64,000 nt of DNA from Pseudobutyrivibrio sp. (GTDB lineage Bacteria; Bacillota; Clostridia; Lachnospirales; Lachnospiraceae), in contig NZ_JAFUSK010000076.1 of NCBI RefSeq assembly GCF_017471675.1, positions 193 through 64,192 of the forward strand, in the 5' to 3' direction. Shown here in pieces: positions 37,762 to 47,531 of this stretch. The notes under the pieces were generated by a model. The model was given only the letters and a program-made list of their open reading frames with translations, had not been told where the DNA came from and ran no database searches. Position numbers and translations under genes: made by a program. How positions within the stretch are numbered: the stretch's first letter is position 1; each line of letters starts with the position of its first letter.

Positions 37762-38775
37762 GTGGTTATAATATCAGATTGCTTGAAAAATAATTTAGAT
37801 GAGGGTTGTATAAAGGTAGCGTCAACTATTTCAAAGAAATTGAAAAAGGCTGGGGCTACTGTTGTGGCTGCTAATTGCGATTGTGATTATGCAGATTATA
37901 AAATTTCCGCAAATAAGATTTATACAAATAAAGAATTATATAATGCAATTTCTGAGTCGAATGGAGATATTTTATATATCCCATTCGCCTCAAATACCTT
38001 AGGATCTGCTGTAAGGACTTTTAACTTGGTTAGAAAAACAGGTTCGAAGATTAACGTTCTGTTTTCATTAAGATGGAACATGAATTGTTTAACTAAGTGG
38101 CTGCTTAAGGCTAGTAAATGCCGAGTAATTACAATTAGCCAGGAGTCCTACGAATTTTTTAAGAAGGAAATTCCAGGTGTAGCTGTTCATAATGTACAGG
38201 TTGGCGTTGACACATCAAAGTTTAAGCCTGTTTCAGAAGATCAGAAGAAGGCTCTTAAAGAGAAGTATGGTTTACCTCTTGATAAGACGGTTGTTCTACA
38301 CGTTGGACATTTGAAGCATGGTAGAAACATAGATGTTTTCTTAGATATTGATGATGATACCTATGCTGTTTTAGTATTCAGTGCTGTCACAGAGAAGGAT
38401 TTAGATCTCAAGAGAGAACTGGAGAAAAAGAAAAATATAAAGATTATAGAGGATTATGTTCCTAATATAGAAGAAATATATCAGGCTGCTGATATATATG
38501 TATTCCCAATTGTAGCTGAGAATAACAGTATAGATGTACCATTATCTGTATTGGAAGCTGCTGGAACTAATTGTAAGATTATTTCTACAAAATATAAAGA
38601 AATAGCTTATTTTGATGATGCCGAGGGATTCCACAGAGTATCTAATGAAGAAATGAATAATCTTCAGGGCATCATTAATGAAGTTTCAAAAGAAACAAGT
38701 GTTAATACTAGTATCATAGCTGAAAAGTATGACTGGGCTAAAGCACTAAATGACCTGAAAGAGATTATTAGATAA
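37762..38775 (+). CDS. Family 4-like glycosyltransferase
   Basis: VGVDTSKFKP, LHVGHLKHGRN, EIYQAADIYVFP, PLSVLEAA. Confidence 0.85.
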   Translation: MVIISDCLKNNLDEGCIKVASTISKKLKKAGATVVAANCDCDYADYKISANKIYTNKELYNAISESNGDILYIPFASNTLGSAVRTFNLVRKTGSKINVLFSLRWNMNCLTKWLLKASKCRVITISQESYEFFKKEIPGVAVHNVQVGVDTSKFKPVSEDQKKALKEKYGLPLDKTVVLHVGHLKHGRNIDVFLDIDDDTYAVLVFSAVTEKDLDLKRELEKKKNIKIIEDYVPNIEEIYQAADIYVFPIVAENNSIDVPLSVLEAAGTNCKIISTKYKEIAYFDDAEGFHRVSNEEMNNLQGIINEVSKETSVNTSIIAEKYDWAKALNDLKEIIR

Positions 38776-38780
38776 TTATA

Positions 38781-39821
38781 TTGGAGGATAAGTTCTTGGA
38801 AAAGCTAGTATCAATTATTGTACCAGTTTACAATGTTGAAAAATATTTAGATCGATGTGTTAATTCACTTATCAATCAGACATATTCAAATATTGAGATT
38901 ATCCTGGTTGATGATAAAACCAAGGATTCCTCTGGGGCTATGTGTGATTTATGGGCTCAGGAGCGTGATAATATCCAGGTTGTTCATAAAGAAAAAAATG
39001 AAGGCTTGGGATATGCTAGAAATACTGGTTTAGAATATGCAAAAGGTGATTATATCCTTTTTGTGGATTCAGATGATTATATTGAAAATACTCTTTGCGA
39101 AAAAGCTATAAAGCGTCTTGAAGAATCTTCTTCTGACATTTGTTATTTTGGTCACAAGAAGGATATTAATGGCAAAATTGTTGAAAGTGATTTAAGCGCT
39201 TTAAAGAATGAATATGAAGGCGAAGCTATTATAAATGATTTTCTTCTCAATACTTTAGCTCAGGCAGAGTGTGAATCTGGTGCGCCTAGAATCGGAATGT
39301 CTGCATGGAGAATTATGTATAGAGCAGAAGTGATCAGAAATAATAATCTTAAGTTCTATTCAGAACGTGATTATTTGAATGAGGACATGTTCTTCAGAAT
39401 CCATGTGGTTCAGTGCATAAAGAAAGTGGCAGTAATACATGAGAATTTATATTACTATTGCTACAATGGTGCGTCATTAACAACAAGCTATCGTAAGGAT
39501 AGATTTGAGGCATCAAAGAGAATGTACGAAAAGCTTGTAGAAGAGACTAATGTGTTTGATAACAAGGCAATTAAGCATAGATGTGAACGTGCTTTCATGA
39601 ACAATTTGATGGTTTGTGTTAGACAGGAAGTTACTTTCAAAGCAAGAGAAGATGTTGATTGCAAGGGACAGTTAAAGAAGTATTGTTCTGATTCTTTGGT
39701 TCAGGAAGTTATGCACGATTATCCAATTAATAAGATGCCAATTCAGCCTAGATTACTTTATTCTGCAATAAAGTTCAAATTGGTATTTTTAATTGAGTTA
39801 TTGGTTAGTTTAAAGGGCTAG
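38781..39821 (+). CDS. Family 2 glycosyltransferase
   Basis: VSIIVPVYNVEKYL, ILVDD, GLGYARNTG, FVDSDD. Confidence 0.93.
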   Translation: MEDKFLEKLVSIIVPVYNVEKYLDRCVNSLINQTYSNIEIILVDDKTKDSSGAMCDLWAQERDNIQVVHKEKNEGLGYARNTGLEYAKGDYILFVDSDDYIENTLCEKAIKRLEESSSDICYFGHKKDINGKIVESDLSALKNEYEGEAIINDFLLNTLAQAECESGAPRIGMSAWRIMYRAEVIRNNNLKFYSERDYLNEDMFFRIHVVQCIKKVAVIHENLYYYCYNGASLTTSYRKDRFEASKRMYEKLVEETNVFDNKAIKHRCERAFMNNLMVCVRQEVTFKAREDVDCKGQLKKYCSDSLVQEVMHDYPINKMPIQPRLLYSAIKFKLVFLIELLVSLKG

Positions 39822-39844
39822 TTTTTATACAGGAGAGAGTAAAA

Positions 39845-40747
39845 ATGGAAAAGATTAGTGTTTTAATGTGCACTTATAATGAACCAATCGAATGGGTATC
39901 ATTAACTTTGAATTCTGTGCTAAATCAAACATTAAAAGCAGATGAAATAGTTATTATTGTGGATAATCCTAATAATAATGAGATGATAGATTTTCTAAAG
40001 GCTGAGCAGGCTAAGAATGACACTATCAAAGTTTATATAAATGAGCAGAATATGGGTCTTGTTAAGAGCTTAAATCGCGGTCTCACATTTTGTTCAGGTG
40101 ATTACATTGCAAGAATAGATGCAGATGATATTGCATTGGAAAATAGATTTGAAGAGCAGATGAAATTCATCAAGGAGAAGAATGTGGATCTTGTTGGTGC
40201 AGGTTTCTACGTTTTCTATGATGATGAGATTCTAAAAACCAACATAGGCGTTGAAAATGCAAAATACTGTGAGAAGATTATGAATTACAACAGTATCATT
40301 GCACATCCTACTTGGTTTATGAAGAAAGAAGTGCCTGAAAAATTAAATGGATACAGGGACATTGATTCATGTGAAGATTTAGATTATCTCCAGAGAGCAG
40401 TTTTAATGGGATTCAAGGTGGCAAACGTCAGAGAACCATTATTAAAGTATAGAGATAATCCAAATAGTATTTCTCATGTTAAGAAGACAAAGCAGCACTT
40501 ATTAAAGACTTTATTATGTGAGTGCTATAAGAATAAAAAGATAATCTCAGAAAATGAGATTCAGCAGTATCTTAACAGCGAGCAGTATAAGAAGGATTTT
40601 AAGCGTAAAGAGACATATGACTCAATAAAGGACAAGAAGCTTGGAAAAGCAAAAGAGCTTGTCCAGGAAGCACAAAATGGAGTTTTGGATATTGAGTTCA
40701 TGATTCGCCTTAGAAACTTCAAGGTTAATTATTGGAAGAACAAGTAG
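39845..40747 (+). CDS. Family 2 glycosyltransferase
   Basis: ISVLMCTYNE, GLVKSLNRG, ARIDADD, IAHPTW, EDLDY. Confidence 0.92.
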   Translation: MEKISVLMCTYNEPIEWVSLTLNSVLNQTLKADEIVIIVDNPNNNEMIDFLKAEQAKNDTIKVYINEQNMGLVKSLNRGLTFCSGDYIARIDADDIALENRFEEQMKFIKEKNVDLVGAGFYVFYDDEILKTNIGVENAKYCEKIMNYNSIIAHPTWFMKKEVPEKLNGYRDIDSCEDLDYLQRAVLMGFKVANVREPLLKYRDNPNSISHVKKTKQHLLKTLLCECYKNKKIISENEIQQYLNSEQYKKDFKRKETYDSIKDKKLGKAKELVQEAQNGVLDIEFMIRLRNFKVNYWKNK

Positions 40748-40771
40748 TAGATACATTTGTAAGGAAATCGT

Positions 40772-42004
40772 ATGAAAATACAAAAATATTATAAATTGAA
40801 TATTGATGTTATAGACATCTTGGTAGTTGCTTTGCTTACAGCAATGTTGTTCTGGACGCAGACAAATTTTGGCACGGCCAACTATGCTTTATTGAAGCGT
40901 TCTAGAAATATTTTTCTTATATTAACTTGTGGAGTTTTATTGGCAAAGCAGGGATATATTTTTAAACCTAAAAATATTTTTAACAAGGATTTTTTGTTAG
41001 TTATATCACCTTATTTGTTTATTACAGTTTTGTCCATTTTCGAAGTAATAATCGATGGTGGTATTAGTTGGAAAGCAACTATTAGAGAAAATTCTGATGC
41101 GTTTATTCCATGTACAATAGCTTATGTCTTTTTTTACATCTATAGGACAAAAGTAATTGATTTCATTTATATGGCAAGTGTAATAAATTATACTTTTTAT
41201 ATTATTATGTTTGGAGTCAAATATGGTCCGGGCGGATATCTGAGAATCTTCCAGATTATGGAGATGGAAGAGAAGATGATGTCAAAGACACTTGAGGTTC
41301 ACGAAGTAACCTTTATGTTTGGTTTATTACTAATTTATTATTTAATAAATTATAAGGAGACAGATAAGAAAAAAATAATCGTCACGCTATTATATTTTGT
41401 AATAGGTAATAAACGAATTCTATTTGCTTCAGTTGCATTTGCTTTATTAGGGTATTTATATTTTAAGAAACATGAAAAGAAGATATGGATTTGGGCAGTA
41501 GGATTGTTGATTATTGTTTTTGGTTGGCTCTTCTTTGTTAATAGTCCATTTTATGAATTATCTGCAATGGCGCTTGGTATTGAATTGAACAGTAGAACAT
41601 TTTCTAATGGTGGATTATATGGTCAGTTAGCTGGCTATTATACAATGAGTCCATTATATATTGGTCATGGTGTTGGTTTTGTTCATTCTGTAATGATTAG
41701 TCAGCTGATTTCAGGAGCTGTAGGTACATCAGGATTCCATAATGATATCTTAAAGTATTACATAGATTTGGGATTCATACCATTTACTATATTTATTGTT
41801 TCGTTGATATGTATTATCCCAAGACGTTTAAAGAAGGATTATTCTGCGGAAAATGCAGTTCGTTATCTTGCTTTTTTAACACTTACATTAATTTGTTGGA
41901 CCACAGATAATCTTGCCACTTACCCTAATTATTTATTATTATCATTTGTTCTCTATTACTATTCTGTAATGGGGAATGAATCATCGACAGGAGAGAGTTG
42001 TTAA
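40772..42004 (+). CDS. Wzy-like polysaccharide polymerase
   Basis: About 10 TM; GNKRI, NSRT, GHGVGF, FHNDILKYYIDLG; position between GTs and flippase. Confidence 0.75.
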   Translation: MKIQKYYKLNIDVIDILVVALLTAMLFWTQTNFGTANYALLKRSRNIFLILTCGVLLAKQGYIFKPKNIFNKDFLLVISPYLFITVLSIFEVIIDGGISWKATIRENSDAFIPCTIAYVFFYIYRTKVIDFIYMASVINYTFYIIMFGVKYGPGGYLRIFQIMEMEEKMMSKTLEVHEVTFMFGLLLIYYLINYKETDKKKIIVTLLYFVIGNKRILFASVAFALLGYLYFKKHEKKIWIWAVGLLIIVFGWLFFVNSPFYELSAMALGIELNSRTFSNGGLYGQLAGYYTMSPLYIGHGVGFVHSVMISQLISGAVGTSGFHNDILKYYIDLGFIPFTIFIVSLICIIPRRLKKDYSAENAVRYLAFLTLTLICWTTDNLATYPNYLLLSFVLYYYSVMGNESSTGESC

Positions 42005-43108
42005 ATGAAGATTGCAGTAGTAACAGTTTACGATAGTATTGTAAATTTTGGGTCATTCTTGCAGGCTTACGCTTTAAAGAAATCCCTTGAGGATTTAGGT
42101 CATGAAGTTTACTTTGTTGAGAGAATGGCTACAGAAGATATTGTAGGTCGTTTCAATAAAATTGCTTTGGCAAATAGTAAGGTTAAGGAAGTTCCATTTT
42201 GGAATTTGCCAAGAAAATATAGCAGATATAAGAGGTACAAAAGAGCTTGTACTATTAATAATGAAAGACTTGCAGTATCAGTAAAAGATTGGGAGCTTTT
42301 AAATGTTATTTCAAAAGAGGAAGCTCTTAATTGTGATTGTATTATCTGTGGTAGTGATGAAATTTGGAATAAGAATAATAAAGACATAGATTTTGATTTT
42401 TACACATGCCGCTGGGCGAAAAACATTCAGAAGTATGCATACGCTATAAGTAGTGGAGATATGAAATTCGAACAGCTTGATAGCGATGAAGCTGAGTGGT
42501 TAAGTACATTTGAGTACTGCTTGGCAAGGGATGAGAATACTTTAGAGGTATTAAAGCAGTCTAAAGGAAATGTTTGGGATAATATCGTATGTGATCCTAC
42601 AATTCTTTATGGAAGTAAGAACTTTAAAACAGAGAAGCATTCCTCTGAAAAATATGATTTACCAGAAAGATATATGTTAGTTTACTCTTATGTGTATACT
42701 GCAAAGCAGAAGCAGATGTTGAGAGAGTACGCTAAAAAAAACGATTTAAAGATTGTATCTGTATCTTTGGATGCAGACTTTGCAGATATGACTATTTTTA
42801 CATCGGCATTAGATTTCCCATACCTTATGAAGAAGGCTGAGTGTGCTTATGTAGCAACATTCCATGGTTGTATCTTTGGAATGATGTATGCTAAAAAGCT
42901 CGCTATAGTTCCAAGATTACCAAAGATTGAATCAATTGTTAGAGTATGTGGTGCAGAGAAATATTTAATTAAAGAAGATTTTTCTTCAGATGATTTAGCT
43001 GCAACATTAGAGTCAGAAGTAAATCATACAACAATTGATGATAAGCTAGAGGCAATTAAAGAAAAATCACAGGATGCACTTGCTAAGATGCTCCAGCAGA
43101 ACATTTAG
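42005..43108 (+). CDS. Polysaccharide pyruvyl transferase family protein
   Basis: NFGSFLQAYAL, ICGSDEIWN, AYAISSG, LARD, CDPTIL, TFHG. Confidence 0.88.
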   Translation: MKIAVVTVYDSIVNFGSFLQAYALKKSLEDLGHEVYFVERMATEDIVGRFNKIALANSKVKEVPFWNLPRKYSRYKRYKRACTINNERLAVSVKDWELLNVISKEEALNCDCIICGSDEIWNKNNKDIDFDFYTCRWAKNIQKYAYAISSGDMKFEQLDSDEAEWLSTFEYCLARDENTLEVLKQSKGNVWDNIVCDPTILYGSKNFKTEKHSSEKYDLPERYMLVYSYVYTAKQKQMLREYAKKNDLKIVSVSLDADFADMTIFTSALDFPYLMKKAECAYVATFHGCIFGMMYAKKLAIVPRLPKIESIVRVCGAEKYLIKEDFSSDDLAATLESEVNHTTIDDKLEAIKEKSQDALAKMLQQNI

Positions 43109-43129
43109 GCAGAATTGAAAGATTAGATT

Positions 43130-44548
43130 ATGGCAAAAAAAAATAAAAGTAAAGAATTAATTAAAAATACAGCGATAATATCATTTGGTAAAATGTGTAC
43201 TCAGCTTGTTAGTTTCTTGCTGATGCCTTTTTACACAGCTATATTAACAACACAGGAATATGGTGTAGTTGACTTGGTTGTAACATATGGTCAGCTTTTA
43301 TTACCTGTATTTACACTCCAAATGGAGCAGTCACTTTTTAGATTTCTTCTGGATGTTAGAGATTCTGATGAAAAGAAACACGATATTATATCTGATATCA
43401 TGTCAATCACTTTACTGATGTCTGTTGTATTGAGTGGTGTATTTGTTGTAATATCATTTTTCATTAATACTGGTTATAATTACCTGTTATTGGCTAATTT
43501 ATGGGCGACACTTATTGTAACAATGCTTCTTCAGATTTCTAGAGGTTTTGGTATTAATAAGGTTTATGCCTTTGGTAGCTTTATATCAGCGGCTGGTCAG
43601 GTGACATTAAATATCGTATTTATTTTATGGTTAAGAATGGGTGCTACCGGAATGATTGCTGCAATGATTATTTCGCAATTAATTGCTGCAGTATTTGTTG
43701 CAAAGAGCATACATCTTGGAAAGTATTTATCATTTAGAGCAGTAAAGTGGAGTTCGATTAAGGAGTATGTCGGATACTCAGCACCATTAGTTCCAAATGC
43801 TATTTCATGGTGGATATTAAATGCATCTGACAGAACTATTATCTTAAGATTCTTAGGAGTTGGATTTAACGGTATATACTCTGCAGCTAATAAATTCTCA
43901 GGAATTTATACTACACTATTTAATATTTTCAATCTTTCATGGACAGAATCTGTAGCATTATACCTTAAAGATAAGGGTGCTAGTGAAGAATATACAGACA
44001 TGCAGAATAAAGTTATTGGTTTGTGTATAACTACTGCCAACGGTATTATATATGTAATGCCATTTGCTTTTTCTATTCTAGTAAACCAGAAGTTCCATGA
44101 TTCGTTTTATCAGATTCCATTGTTAGTTATGGGAGCATTCTTCTCATCAATGGTAGGTTTGATTAGTGCTTATTATGTGGCCGTTAAGAATACAGCAACA
44201 ATAGCCAGAACTACAGTTTTTGGTGCAATTTGTAATATCGCATTAAACCTTGCTATGATAACAAAAATCGGATTATATGCAGCTTCTATCTCAACTGTTC
44301 TTGCATATCTTATTCTTTTTATAGTTAGAACTATTGATGTTAAGCGTAAGTTTAACATTAAGCTTAACAAGAAGCTTTTCCTTTCAGGTGTAGTTATGAT
44401 GGGTATTGGATATAGCACATACTTTATAGATAAGTTAGTGGTATATATTATTGCTTTTGTTCTGTATGCAATTTATGCTTTCGTTGTTAACAAAAGATTA
44501 ATTGTTAAGACTGTTGGAATGATAAAAAGAAAGTCTTTATCAAAATAG
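43130..44548 (+). CDS. Wzx flippase
   Basis: LIKNTAIISFG, LMPFYTAIL, YSAPLVPNAISWWILNASDR, GIYSAANKF; 12-14 TM. Confidence 0.92.
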   Translation: MAKKNKSKELIKNTAIISFGKMCTQLVSFLLMPFYTAILTTQEYGVVDLVVTYGQLLLPVFTLQMEQSLFRFLLDVRDSDEKKHDIISDIMSITLLMSVVLSGVFVVISFFINTGYNYLLLANLWATLIVTMLLQISRGFGINKVYAFGSFISAAGQVTLNIVFILWLRMGATGMIAAMIISQLIAAVFVAKSIHLGKYLSFRAVKWSSIKEYVGYSAPLVPNAISWWILNASDRTIILRFLGVGFNGIYSAANKFSGIYTTLFNIFNLSWTESVALYLKDKGASEEYTDMQNKVIGLCITTANGIIYVMPFAFSILVNQKFHDSFYQIPLLVMGAFFSSMVGLISAYYVAVKNTATIARTTVFGAICNIALNLAMITKIGLYAASISTVLAYLILFIVRTIDVKRKFNIKLNKKLFLSGVVMMGIGYSTYFIDKLVVYIIAFVLYAIYAFVVNKRLIVKTVGMIKRKSLSK

Positions 44549-44580
44549 GGTGTTAGTTTTATAGTTTAGAGAGGGAAAAA

Positions 44581-46335
44581 ATGAATTACTATTCAAACGA
44601 AAAAAACCAGTTAATGTTAATTTCTTTGCTTAAGCAGCATGGTATTAAGTATGTTGTTGCTAGCCCAGGAGGTACAAACTTATCTCTTGTAGCTAGTTTT
44701 CAGCATGACCCATGGTTTAAGTTATATTCATGTGTAGATGAGCGTTCAGCTGCTTACCTTGCATGTGGTATTGCAGAGGAGACAAATGAGCCAGTTGTAA
44801 TCAGCTGTACAGGAGCTACTGCTTCTAGAAATTATATGCCAGGTCTTACAGAGGCATATTATAGAAAGTTACCAATTTTGGCCGTTACTTCTGCTCAGGA
44901 GTGGGGTAATATGGGACAGCTTAGTCCACAGGCTATTGATCGTAGCGCCGTTCCAAAGGATATTGTTGTAGAAAGTGTAAATATTCCAGTTATCAATTCT
45001 TATAACGATGAGTGGGGTAGCAATATCAGAATTAATCAGGCCATTTTAGCATTAAAGAAAAATGGTGGCGGCCCAGCTCACATTAACCTCGCTGCACAGT
45101 GGAGTGATGACTTCTCAGTTAAAGAATTAAAGACTGAAAGAGTTATTAACAGATATACTGTTAATGATACTTTGCCAGCTATTGAAGGTGAAAAGGTAGC
45201 TGTATTTATTGGAGCCCATAGAAAGATGGACAAGGGATTACAGGATGCAATCGATGCCTTCTGTGAGAAGAACAACGCTCTTGTTTTTGTGGATCATACT
45301 AGTAACTATTTTGGAAAATATAGAATTTTCCCAAGCATCTTATTCCAAGATAACTACACATCAGACAATACAAAGATTGATTTATTAATTCATATCGGTG
45401 ATGTATCTGGAGCATATTATAAGTTCAATATTAAGCGTGTATGGAGAGTAAATCTTGATGGAATGATTAGAGATTACTTCCATAAGCTTGAGAATGTTTT
45501 TGAAATGGATGAGAAGACATTCTTTGAGTACTATGCAAAGAATCCTAAGAAAAATGTTGGTTCTGGATATTACGAGAGCTGCAAGCAGGAATGTGATGAC
45601 TTATTAAACAGATTACCCGAGTTGCCATTCTCAAATCTTTGGATTGCAAGCCAGACAATTGACAAGCTTCCAGATAATGCACAGTTACATTTAGCAATTC
45701 TTAATTCGTTAAGAACATGGAACTATTTTGCTGGAAAGAACAACATGGTTTCATTTTCAAATACAGGTGGTTTCGGTATCGATGGTATCGTTTCATCTGC
45801 AGTTGGAGCATCTTTAGTAGCTCCAGAGAAGCTTATCTTCTGTGTTGTTGGTGATTTAGCATTCTTCTATGATTTAAACTCTATCGGTAACAGACATATT
45901 GGTAATAACTTAAGAATTATCTTAGTAAACAATGGTCGTGGAACAGAGTTTAAGAATTATTGGACACCAGGTTCATATGCTCTTGGTGATGAGACTGATG
46001 AGTACATTGCAGCAGCAGGTCACTTTGGTAACCAGTCACCAAAACTTGTAAAGAATTATGCAGAGAACCTTGGATTTGAGTATATTTCTGCTAGTGATAA
46101 AGAGTCTTTCGAAAAGAGTATTGCATACTTCACACAGGCAAAGTGTACAGATAAGCCAATTTTATTTGAAGTATTCACTAACAGTAAGGATGAGAGCGAT
46201 GCTCTTCACATTGCAAAGAATATGAAGCAGGGTTCTATTCTTCAGGCAAACAACCAGAAGAAGATTGCAAAGGATATTCTTGGCGAGAAGAACATAAATA
46301 AACTTAAGAAGATTAAGAACATCATTAAAGAGTAA
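44581..46335 (+). CDS. MenD-like thiamine diphosphate-dependent enzyme
   Basis: VASPGGTN, DERSAAYLACG, SNTGGFGIDG, GDLAFFYD...NNG; no other men genes nearby. Confidence 0.85.
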   Translation: MNYYSNEKNQLMLISLLKQHGIKYVVASPGGTNLSLVASFQHDPWFKLYSCVDERSAAYLACGIAEETNEPVVISCTGATASRNYMPGLTEAYYRKLPILAVTSAQEWGNMGQLSPQAIDRSAVPKDIVVESVNIPVINSYNDEWGSNIRINQAILALKKNGGGPAHINLAAQWSDDFSVKELKTERVINRYTVNDTLPAIEGEKVAVFIGAHRKMDKGLQDAIDAFCEKNNALVFVDHTSNYFGKYRIFPSILFQDNYTSDNTKIDLLIHIGDVSGAYYKFNIKRVWRVNLDGMIRDYFHKLENVFEMDEKTFFEYYAKNPKKNVGSGYYESCKQECDDLLNRLPELPFSNLWIASQTIDKLPDNAQLHLAILNSLRTWNYFAGKNNMVSFSNTGGFGIDGIVSSAVGASLVAPEKLIFCVVGDLAFFYDLNSIGNRHIGNNLRIILVNNGRGTEFKNYWTPGSYALGDETDEYIAAAGHFGNQSPKLVKNYAENLGFEYISASDKESFEKSIAYFTQAKCTDKPILFEVFTNSKDESDALHIAKNMKQGSILQANNQKKIAKDILGEKNINKLKKIKNIIKE

Positions 46336-46359
46336 TTCGGTAAAATCGAGGAGAGAATA

Positions 46360-47205
46360 ATGGGCGTTAAAACAAAGTTTTTGTATTTTGTTAAGCAGAT
46401 TTAAAGTGCAGTAAAAGAAGAAAAGATTACTAAAGTAATAGTTCCAACAGATAAGGATGAGATTTTAGCAGGTAAAAATGCTGTTATTGTTGGTGGAACT
46501 GGCGGAATTGGACTTGCAATTGCTGATACATTAAGAAATAGTGGATGTAATGTTGTGATTACAGGTAGAAGTCAGGAAAAGGCTGAAGCATCTGCTAAGA
46601 AAATGGGCGGTGAAAACATCCGTGGAGCAGCTCTTGATATTTCTAATATCGATCAGATTAGAACAAGAATTCCAGAGATTGCAAATATGTTCGATAATTC
46701 ATCTATCGACATTCTTGTTAATGCTGCCGGTGTTATCAGTACAGTTGATTTTCTTGATGTAACGGAGGAACAATGGGACACATTGATGGATGCAAATTTA
46801 AAGGGCTTATTCTTTACTAGTCAGGTTGTTAGTAAACATATGATTGAAAAAGGAATCAAGGGTCATATTTTAAATATTTCATCAGCATCATCATTAAGAC
46901 CAGCTTGGAAGCCATATCAGATTTCTAAGTGGGCTGTAAATGGATTTACTAAGGGATTAGCAGATACATTATTGCCATATGGTATTATATGTAATGGAAT
47001 TGCTCCTGGTCCTGTTGCAACCCCCATGATGAAAAAAGAAGGGGACGAGTCTTTATACAATCCAACAAATCCAGCGGGAAGATGTGCAGCTTCAGAAGAG
47101 ATTGCTAATTTAGCTTTATTTTTGGTGAGCTCAATGGGAGATTTAGTGGTTGGAGAGACATATGTAATTTCTGGTGGTGGCGGAACTATTTCGTATCACA
47201 AGTAA
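46360..47205 (+). pseudogene. SDR oxidoreductase interrupted by an in-frame TAA at codon 15
   Basis: RBS GAGGAG, ATG 46360, TAA 46402-04; same frame continues through GGTGGIG, VNAAG, YQISK and NGIAPG. Confidence 0.8.
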
Positions 47206-47251
47206 TGAATGGTAGTACAGTTTGATATAAAAACATAATTCATAATTGCGC

Positions 47252-47294
47252 AATAGACTGTAGTTCTGTTAATCTGAGTTACAGTCTATTTTTT
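47252..47294 (+). terminator. Terminator ending the Wzx/Wzy operon
   Basis: AATAGACTGTA / TACAGTCTATT then T. Confidence 0.75.
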
Positions 47295-47531
47295 ATTGAT
47301 GGAGATTTTGTACAATAAAATGTTTTATTTGCATCATGTCACTATTTCACAAAAAGTATGTATTAGAGTATATCTTGTAACTTAATCAACACATTAGGAA
47401 ACATAATATTTTATTTAACATTCTGAAAATATATACTACACCGTTTAATTACAAACTAATCACAATTTATTTATATACTAAAAACACTAGCACGACAAAA
47501 ACATTTGTCGGGAAAGGATTGGGGTGTGCTT

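Noticed and set aside
44581-46335. Menaquinone biosynthesis (true menD)
   Set aside because: No menF/H/C/E/B adjacent and the gene is inside a glycan operon; kept as MenD-like.
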